Shown here one piece after another: positions 45,080 through 51,099 of a DNA stretch of 51,099 nucleotides (positions are counted from its first letter, which is position 1; each line of letters starts with the position of its first letter). The notes below the pieces were generated by a model. That model made no database searches and was not told where the DNA came from. It saw only the letters and a list, made by a program, of their open reading frames with translations. The stretch is taken from the sequence record NC_129764.1. The stretch is one strand, 5' to 3'. The translations under genes and the position numbers were made by a program. This DNA comes from a phage.

Positions 45080-46648
45080 TTAACCCATTAGTCGAGGATT
45101 GATGAAAACAATATCATCAATGCGGCAAGTGTAGTTCATCTCTTCGAGCGTGATCAGTAGGCTATCGATTCGCTCAGATACTTTCTGTTGACCGTTGAAC
45201 GGAGTAACGTTCCGGCACTTTGCAACAATACTATGAATAGGCGCGCGCCCTTTGTTCTTCTTTGCGATCTCAGTGATAACATCAATCAGCTTACGAGATT
45301 CAGCCTCATCACCTGCATACCCGGCAGCGCTGGCAGATGACAGGTAAGTCCTGGAAAGCTCATTGAAAATCATGATCGCTTCTTGCATTGTTTCAAGGTC
45401 AATCTCACGGTTGGATCGGTTCGGTGATTCGCCTTCCCAATTCTTGATCGTGTGTAGAACTGAAGCAATACGCAAAGCGTGCTTATCGAACTTGCCGAGA
45501 TGACCGCGAAGCATTGAGTGAGAGTATTTTCCCCCGGCGGCGAAATCAGGCTCCATCGCCTGGCGTGCAAGGTTTAATTCACGCATAGCATTACGGCTCA
45601 CAGAGAGAACAACGTTGTCCTCCTTCATGATGTTGTGCACGAGTCTGTAATATTTGCTAACCAGTCCGCGATCGACTTCTTTATACAGTGCATCACCATT
45701 TTCATCACAAAGAATACGAGTACCTAAAAGCGGTTCCTCTCGAACCAGGAGGAAACGCTCAGATACACCGATACCGCGCTGGCCTGCGTCCATGATACCC
45801 TTGATTGTTTCATCCTGAGCAATTACGCAGATTGAACCGACCGGGCATAGAGATAAGTTGTTATCCTGGTTGGAACGAGCGACCTCCATATGGTTTTTAT
45901 CCCACGCCTTAAGGATAAGCTCACTGTTAGATTTCTTATCTGAACCGCCATACGTAAGCCCGAGCAATGTATTGATTGCCGTTGCCTCGTCAGATATTAC
46001 GGAAAAGTGACCTTGCACTGCCGCCACTTTCGCAAGACCTTCAGGTGTAGGATCTGATACCGCGAAAACAATATCAGCCATCTTCTTGATCTTCTCTTCC
46101 AGTTTTTCTTTGTCCTCGTACAGTGCCGCCGTAGTGTTGCCTTTAGGATCATTCTTGATTTCCTTCTCAACCTGGCGTAGCTGACTGGTTAAACGGATAC
46201 GTTCCTTTTTGCGCTCTTCATTCAGTCGCTGAATCTCCGCACGCATAGGTGTAATCGCCGCTGAGTTAATCGCGGACTTACCTGTTGATGGTGGCTGGCT
46301 GATTACCATGTAAAGCGCGGTCGGCTGTTCCTCTCCGTGATATTGCACCCAAAACTTCCCTAGCATCGCGGCTGAGATGCAACCGATAAAATGAGCATAC
46401 GCGGATGAAACCGGGAACTGGACTGATTCAGCTTTTGCTTTTGCATATTCGAATACCAGGTTATCGCCACCTAACGAAATCAGAGGGAACTTATCGTTGC
46501 CGCTATTAATATCGATCGGGTCTTGCCAAAACGAAACGGAATCACCGTAGCTGTTTTCACGAATTGCGATCGCCACCGGGTTAACTCCAGTGCTATTGGC
46601 GATCTCAATAATCTGTTGGTAATTCAGTTTTGGCTTAATGTTAAACAT
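45080..46648 (-). CDS. putative P-loop NTPase (522 aa)
   Basis: ATG with RBS aaggagtttattgtgATG; Walker A-like PPSTGKS; central coiled-coil. Confidence 0.55.
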   Translation of the reverse strand: MFNIKPKLNYQQIIEIANSTGVNPVAIAIRENSYGDSVSFWQDPIDINSGNDKFPLISLGGDNLVFEYAKAKAESVQFPVSSAYAHFIGCISAAMLGKFWVQYHGEEQPTALYMVISQPPSTGKSAINSAAITPMRAEIQRLNEERKKERIRLTSQLRQVEKEIKNDPKGNTTAALYEDKEKLEEKIKKMADIVFAVSDPTPEGLAKVAAVQGHFSVISDEATAINTLLGLTYGGSDKKSNSELILKAWDKNHMEVARSNQDNNLSLCPVGSICVIAQDETIKGIMDAGQRGIGVSERFLLVREEPLLGTRILCDENGDALYKEVDRGLVSKYYRLVHNIMKEDNVVLSVSRNAMRELNLARQAMEPDFAAGGKYSHSMLRGHLGKFDKHALRIASVLHTIKNWEGESPNRSNREIDLETMQEAIMIFNELSRTYLSSASAAGYAGDEAESRKLIDVITEIAKKNKGRAPIHSIVAKCRNVTPFNGQQKVSERIDSLLITLEEMNYTCRIDDIVFINPRLMG

Positions 46649-46702
46649 CACAATAAACTCCTTAGTTGACGGTGTGAATGATACACCGCCAATGTTACAC
46701 GC

Positions 46703-46722
46703 GTTTTGCAAAAAGTGCTATT
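46703..46722 (-). promoter_or_regulatory. dyad motif variant (minus strand AATAGCACTTTTTGCAAAAC)
   Basis: Sequence match about 55 nt upstream of the P-loop gene. Confidence 0.55.
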
Positions 46723-46724
46723 GG

Positions 46725-47141
46725 TTATAAGTATTTGGCCTCAAAGGTTGTGCCGTCAGCAATACTAAAACCAACCTCTTCGCGGAATAATGTCCAGCGG
46801 CAACCGTCCTCATCAAAGATGTAACCAGCCACTCCACCGAGAGCGCGACCGCTTTCCACCTGGTAACGCTTGCCAACTTTGAATGATTTTTTCATTGGGT
46901 TGCGATGGTCAAGCCCTGTACACTTGAGTGTTTTGGTTTTAAGTTCAGTGAATTTTGCGAAGAAGATTTCATCAGATCCGTGAATCTGTAATTCATCGTG
47001 CTTTTCAAGTTTTAAATACTTACCACACTTTAACTTAACCTCGCGAGTACCATCGTATCGCTCTCGACCTTTGTACAGGTTGTTAACTTCAAATCCTGTG
47101 ATTTTGTCTGCGGAAGTACACTTAAGTTTGATGGATTTCAT
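46725..47141 (-). CDS. hypothetical protein (138 aa)
   Basis: RBS context aaccaatcaggagttaacgcaATG. Confidence 0.55.
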   Translation of the reverse strand: MKSIKLKCTSADKITGFEVNNLYKGRERYDGTREVKLKCGKYLKLEKHDELQIHGSDEIFFAKFTELKTKTLKCTGLDHRNPMKKSFKVGKRYQVESGRALGGVAGYIFDEDGCRWTLFREEVGFSIADGTTFEAKYL

Positions 47142-47200
47142 TGCGTTAACTCCTGATTGGTTATCTTGAATAAGGTCACTTTATCAAATGACCTTACGGC

Positions 47201-47223
47201 AATATTAACAAATCGTGCTATTT
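47201..47223 (-). promoter_or_regulatory. dyad motif variant (minus strand AAATAGCACGATTTGTTAATATT)
   Basis: Sequence match; hairpin aaggtca-tttgataaag-tgacctt. Confidence 0.6.
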
Positions 47224-47434
47224 ACCAGGGAATATAATCGTCGTCGTCATTATCACCAATATCATCGTCTGGTATCTCGAAGTCGGGATTATATTCACTT
47301 TCTGCGTCCATATCCATATTCCCTAGTGCTTCGTCAAGCGTAATTTCTTTATATGCAACCTTGATACACCATTCCGCACTAAGCCCGGCATCGAGCGCGG
47401 CAAAATAACGGGTCCAGAAATTATCCTGTTCCAT
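47222..47434 (-). CDS. small acidic protein (70 aa)
   Basis: ORF; highly acidic C-terminus. Confidence 0.5.
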   Translation of the reverse strand: MEQDNFWTRYFAALDAGLSAEWCIKVAYKEITLDEALGNMDMDAESEYNPDFEIPDDDIGDNDDDDYIPW

Positions 47435-47437
47435 TAA

Positions 47438-47662
47438 TTAGCTCCATGAATTAATGTAAATCGAGTTAGCCTCAAGCGTTGCGCGAACATCCGCATCTGT
47501 TGCATTTACTAAGCGCGATCCTGGTGTGCTGCCAATAACATTATTACCGTTCCGAGCCTTAGTTACCGTCATTGAAATAAAACCGGAAGACTTATCCATT
47601 TTGATAACTACACGCCCTTTCGCGTTCAGATGCTTGATGATATTCTCAACTTTAATGCTCAT
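47438..47662 (-). CDS. hypothetical protein (74 aa)
   Basis: ORF. Confidence 0.5.
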   Translation of the reverse strand: MSIKVENIIKHLNAKGRVVIKMDKSSGFISMTVTKARNGNNVIGSTPGSRLVNATDADVRATLEANSIYINSWS

Positions 47663-47879
47663 TTTTAATTCCTTTGTTTCGTTTGGTGTGGGAGTAATAT
47701 ACCTTACTCCATATTTATTGTCTTTAGCAATTGGTGCTATCAGTATTCTGAAATTACTTTACACTCTTTGATTGTTCCACCTAGCACTACTTTCTGCATC
47801 ATTGCTTTTTGGTGGCTATCATAAACGCGAACATTTTTTACGCTGTTAAATTTGCCAGTATAGAAAGTGTGAATATAAA

Positions 47880-48200
47880 TCATTTTTTACCGTCCCATGT
47901 TTGATATGCCGTCACAAGGTTAATGCTATGGTCGAACTCGTCAATGCTAAGCGATCCGATTCGAACCAGTTCTTTATCATGCTTAATATCGATCATCCGG
48001 CTATATGGATGACCTGGCACATATTTGAATAGTCGCTTGCTGTCAGCAATGTCTGCGTTGATTCCATAGAATCTTCCTACTGCCGCCTTCACGCGCTCCA
48101 TGATGTTTTTTTCGTGGATTGCTGCCGCGTTATTCAATGCCGCGACCGTGCTTCCGTTAATCTTCGGTGATTTCGTTGTGATTTTATAAGTGTGGATCAT
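47880..48200 (-). CDS. hypothetical protein (106 aa)
   Basis: ATG (MIHTYK) with RBS agggggaataATG. Confidence 0.5.
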   Translation of the reverse strand: MIHTYKITTKSPKINGSTVAALNNAAAIHEKNIMERVKAAVGRFYGINADIADSKRLFKYVPGHPYSRMIDIKHDKELVRIGSLSIDEFDHSINLVTAYQTWDGKK

Positions 48201-48216
48201 TATTCCCCCTAACCAG

Positions 48217-48417
48217 TCAGGATAGCTTTCTCGCTTCATCAATGATAACAGGTTCGAGACGCTCAAGTCTAACTCGGAACGTGTTCATAAATCCTTCGTT
48301 ATTCTTCAGTAGCTCGAATGCGTCTGTTGCCTCAATTGCGCTATTTCCCATGTAGGCAACTACTCTCTTTTGCGTCTTGCGTGAGATCGCAACCACGCGG
48401 TAGATATTATCACTCAT
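48217..48417 (-). CDS. hypothetical protein (66 aa)
   Basis: ATG (MSDNIYR) with RBS aaggaggcattgtATG. Confidence 0.5.
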   Translation of the reverse strand: MSDNIYRVVAISRKTQKRVVAYMGNSAIEATDAFELLKNNEGFMNTFRVRLERLEPVIIDEARKLS

Positions 48418-48781
48418 ACAATGCCTCCTTAACACGATCGGCAATGCAGGAGTTTACAGTGATTGAGTAGTTAGCCACGCCCCATAATGCAATATTGCCA
48501 AGCTCGGTACGCATTGATGGATTGTTTAGCTGAATGATTGTCTCGCCAGTATCTTTATCGACGAAGCGAGACACGCCAGAATGGTCCATCACGCGCGTTA
48601 CTAGGTTCACGCACTCCATTACATCACTTACACCATAATAGGCGGTTAGAGCGGCTCTCACGGCCTTCTCTTGCTTATTGTAAATCTTGCGCGCGATGTT
48701 CTCGATCGCTACGCTTTCTTTCTCGTCAGTCTGGATTGCTGTGCTGGCTGAGAAGTCCAGATCTGTGAAATGCTTAAACAT
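48410..48781 (-). CDS. hypothetical protein (123 aa)
   Basis: ATG (MFKHF) with RBS gaggaaagagttATG. Confidence 0.55.
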   Translation of the reverse strand: MFKHFTDLDFSASTAIQTDEKESVAIENIARKIYNKQEKAVRAALTAYYGVSDVMECVNLVTRVMDHSGVSRFVDKDTGETIIQLNNPSMRTELGNIALWGVANYSITVNSCIADRVKEALYE

Positions 48782-48838
48782 AACTCTTTCCTCGCTTGCT
48801 GTTGATGGGATGACTATACCAGCCATCCCGGATGAGCG

Positions 48839-48857
48839 TTTAGCAAAAAGTGCTATT
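48839..48857 (-). promoter_or_regulatory. dyad motif copy (minus strand AATAGCACTTTTTGCTAAA)
   Basis: Sequence match; hairpin gggatggctggtatagtcatccc. Confidence 0.65.
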
Positions 48858-49026
48858 CGGTAATTTCCTTCTCAACAATCGTCGTGTAGTCGTACATGCT
48901 TTTTCCGGCGCGAATCTGTTCCTTCATTCTGTTTTCGTACTGCTTCGCCTTCTTCTCATCAAGGTGAACAGTCTCTACATATTCACCCTCATATGTAACG
49001 CCGCCCATAACGATATATACGATCAT
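48853..49026 (-). CDS. small protein (57 aa)
   Basis: ATGA overlap with upstream gene; RBS ggaggaaagattATG; below track cutoff. Confidence 0.4.
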   Translation of the reverse strand: MIVYIVMGGVTYEGEYVETVHLDEKKAKQYENRMKEQIRAGKSMYDYTTIVEKEITE

Positions 49027-49403
49027 AATCTTTCCTCCAGGATTTCACGGATACGGTTGATTGCGTCCATCTTGTCGCAATCCCAACGAGTCGTTCCGTT
49101 ATCCGGTCGCTCTTCGAACGCGAGACTCACCTCTTCGAGAAGGTTGTCAATGATAGCCTCCTTCTCGTCACCGTCCAGCCTTCCGAACTCAACCGATCCT
49201 ACGTAACGATTGATATAAGAAATCATGCTTTTATGCTCTTCAATGGTAAAGATATCCGTGATACTGATCCCGGTATCGCGTTGCGTGATAACAACCCGGT
49301 TGCTGGGGTGGATTATCCCGCCCACCAGGCGATTGCAAATCTCAACTGTGAATCCCTTCTCATTTGCGCGGTCAATTGCTGACTGAAGTTTTGAATCTGT
49401 CAT
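49023..49403 (-). CDS. hypothetical protein (126 aa)
   Basis: RBS context aaccaatcaggagaatgactagATG. Confidence 0.55.
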   Translation of the reverse strand: MTDSKLQSAIDRANEKGFTVEICNRLVGGIIHPSNRVVITQRDTGISITDIFTIEEHKSMISYINRYVGSVEFGRLDGDEKEAIIDNLLEEVSLAFEERPDNGTTRWDCDKMDAINRIREILEERL

Positions 49404-49458
49404 CTAGTCATTCTCCTGATTGGTTTATGTTGGAGTTATACCCTGATTAACCGGGCGT

Positions 49459-49479
49459 GTTTTAACAAAAAGTGCTATT
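49459..49479 (-). promoter_or_regulatory. dyad motif copy (minus strand AATAGCACTTTTTGTTAAAAC)
   Basis: Sequence match. Confidence 0.65.
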
Positions 49480-49664
49480 TAGAATTTTACATCCTCAACA
49501 AGCTCGACAAATTTGTATCCCAGGCGATATGAGTCGCCGAACAACAACAGACCCATAAATTCATCTCTGCTTATTGACTGCTTATCAACCGTCCTTAACT
49601 CTCCGTTGTGAATCACAGTATCGCCGATCTTGATTTCTGATTTATGCACTAATTTCGTTTTCAT
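49479..49664 (-). CDS. hypothetical protein (61 aa)
   Basis: ORF. Confidence 0.45.
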   Translation of the reverse strand: MKTKLVHKSEIKIGDTVIHNGELRTVDKQSISRDEFMGLLLFGDSYRLGYKFVELVEDVKF

Positions 49665-49679
49665 TTGTTAGCCCGTTAA

Positions 49680-49865
49680 TTAGAAGAATGCTACATAGTT
49701 TGCAATGCCTTTGGCATCGTCGTTAGGCATCGCCTTGACAGCAAGGTCGTAACCCGCCTCTACCTTTTGCTTTGCTGATTCTTCGTTGTATCCCCAAATA
49801 ACCAGGATTTTAACTACGTTTTCTTTATTCAGAACTTTAAGGTCTTTAGTGATGCGACGTGCCAT
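49680..49865 (-). CDS. hypothetical protein (61 aa)
   Basis: ATG (MARRITK) with RBS gaggaaaacaaaATG. Confidence 0.5.
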   Translation of the reverse strand: MARRITKDLKVLNKENVVKILVIWGYNEESAKQKVEAGYDLAVKAMPNDDAKGIANYVAFF

Positions 49866-49922
49866 TTTGTTTTTCCTCAATCTCGTTTCGATGAGGTAAT
49901 TATGCCAAATCACACCGATCGA

Positions 49923-49943
49923 GTTTTAACAAAAAGTGCTATT
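49923..49943 (-). promoter_or_regulatory. dyad motif copy (minus strand AATAGCACTTTTTGTTAAAAC)
   Basis: Sequence match; downstream hairpin and leader catcgaaacgag. Confidence 0.65.
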
Positions 49944-50630
49944 TGCGATTGCTTTGAAAAATCCACGCGGCGACAGCGATCGTATCAACTTCGTTTTGGC
50001 AGACTTGCCGCCCAGCTTGTTTTGCTGCGCAGAGTACCCGTCAGGCAGGCTTACTGGCTTTCTCTCCGGCATGACAAAATCGTCCGAGGTCCAAAGACAC
50101 GTCTTTTTCGGGTAAGCATCGCGCGGCGCAATATACATCGGGAACCAGGGATGCGCGTCATTCTCAGGAAGATAGCCGCCATACTCCCAGGGATTGAATG
50201 AGTGATCTGGTTTTCTCCAGGCAGATGACAGGACGCTAACCGGATTCTCAATGATGTAAGTCACGCCCAGGGCGTCGCCAATATTCGCAGCAATCCGTGC
50301 GGTGGCAACGGCCTTCTCCTGGAATAACGGATCACGTTCACGCTTGCTGGCAAAGTGGCGAGCACCACTAACAGCCAGGTCAGTACACGGAGGGAAGGCC
50401 ATAATAAAATCCGGCTTGCCATACACGCCAGCGATAGCATCACGCTCAAACGCTGCGTCAATGAAGACGTTCACATACTCAATGTTCGGATGCTCAACCC
50501 TGGCGTTATACTTTGCGTAATCTCCGTGATCGGCTCCGTCAAAGTTGAAGCACATCACCTTATGACCTTGCTTTGCCAGTTCATGACCAGCAAGGCCGGA
50601 ACCGTCGAATAGTGACCAAATTAATTTCAT
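49926..50630 (-). CDS. minimal C5-cytosine methyltransferase-like protein (234 aa)
   Basis: Motif I-like LFDGSG, motif IV PC (FPPCTDLAVSG), motif VI ENV-like (IENPVSVL); no obvious target recognition domain. Confidence 0.6.
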   Translation of the reverse strand: MKLIWSLFDGSGLAGHELAKQGHKVMCFNFDGADHGDYAKYNARVEHPNIEYVNVFIDAAFERDAIAGVYGKPDFIMAFPPCTDLAVSGARHFASKRERDPLFQEKAVATARIAANIGDALGVTYIIENPVSVLSSAWRKPDHSFNPWEYGGYLPENDAHPWFPMYIAPRDAYPKKTCLWTSDDFVMPERKPVSLPDGYSAQQNKLGGKSAKTKLIRSLSPRGFFKAIANSTFC

Positions 50631-50633
50631 TGC

Positions 50634-50798
50634 TTATTCCTCGCATCCTAATTGCTTGCAGTAGTGTCGCATTTTGCACCAGATCAAAAAGCTATGCCAT
50701 CCTGTGTATGATTGCGCACGTTTCTTTTTCTCGTTCACCACAGCACGCAAGAGAGACTTGCACTCCCCCTTGTTTGTGAATCGACGCATCAATTTCAT
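50634..50798 (-). CDS. small basic Cys-rich protein (54 aa)
   Basis: ATGA overlap with upstream gene; RBS ggagatcgcaaaATG; C-x-x-C-like spacing (WCKMRHYC, GC); below track cutoff. Confidence 0.45.
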   Translation of the reverse strand: MKLMRRFTNKGECKSLLRAVVNEKKKRAQSYTGWHSFLIWCKMRHYCKQLGCEE

Positions 50799-50938
50799 TT
50801 TGCGATCTCCTTTTTGTAGTGATTCAGTTTGTCGATGATTGACTTCGCCTTGTTAGCTAATGCCATGTCAGAGAACAGCGCTACGCGATAGATGTGTTCG
50901 TAACGACTAATGGTTGCGTTGATGTTTGCAGTTGTCAT
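50795..50938 (-). CDS. hypothetical protein (47 aa)
   Basis: ATG (MTTANI) with RBS context ccaatcaggagcaatcgacATG. Confidence 0.45.
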   Translation of the reverse strand: MTTANINATISRYEHIYRVALFSDMALANKAKSIIDKLNHYKKEIAK

Positions 50939-51006
50939 GTCGATTGCTCCTGATTGGTTGATGTGATGAATCATACCTAGTCGACATGGATGAGTCGTTA
51001 GCAAAA

Positions 51007-51025
51007 AATGCTATTCCAATAATTG
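51007..51025 (-). promoter_or_regulatory. dyad motif variant (minus strand AATAGCATTTTTTGCTAAC)
   Basis: Sequence match about 70 nt upstream of the 50938 start. Confidence 0.55.
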
Positions 51026-51099
51026 CTCATTATTCCATCAATACTGGAATAGGTGTAATAATCTTGATTGTTATTGATTACGAATGATGAAACGTGATT

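Noticed and set aside
1-51099. CRISPR array formed by the recurrent 20-bp motif
   Set aside because: Copies are 400-1500 bp apart at irregular spacing, in both orientations, within promoter regions of protein-coding genes; no short regular spacers and no cas genes.
1-51099. Temperate lifestyle (integrase, CI-like repressor, attachment site)
   Set aside because: No tyrosine or serine recombinase-like ORF, no CI/Cro divergent pair and no tRNA-associated att site were found; gene content fits a virulent phage. The Cro/YdaS-like HTH protein alone is insufficient.

Overview
This window looks like a near-complete genome of a virulent T1-like siphovirus of an enterobacterial host. The family assignment is an inference from gene content and synteny read directly from the ORF translations; no database search was possible. 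Layout: a plus-strand block of about 30 small early genes (531-9344); the packaging, head and tail module (9429-29529) with a lambda-like tail tip set (tape measure, M, L, K, I, J) and a -1 frameshifted tail chaperone; a minus-strand lipoprotein (Cor-like) operon; a recombination block (exonuclease, Erf-like annealase, SSB); a minus-strand tail fibre and primase; helicase, VRR-NUC nuclease and N6-adenine methyltransferase; a lysis cassette (holin, SAR endolysin, unimolecular spanin); and a minus-strand block of small genes (44263-50938) that includes a minimal C5-cytosine-methyltransferase-like gene. No integrase, CI-like repressor, tRNA or CRISPR array was found. The most striking feature is a 20-bp dyad-symmetric motif (consensus AATAGCAC-N3-TTG(C/T)TAAAAC, half-sites TAGCA/TGCTA) present in about 26 copies in gene-wise orientation, usually about 60-80 bp upstream of start codons. 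It is typically followed 22 bp later by an extended -10-like element inside a short hairpin and then a conserved leader and RBS context. This looks like a genome-wide regulon for a dimeric DNA-binding factor. Two homologous AT-rich control regions (1-530 and 30756-31282) are candidate divergent early promoter or origin regions.
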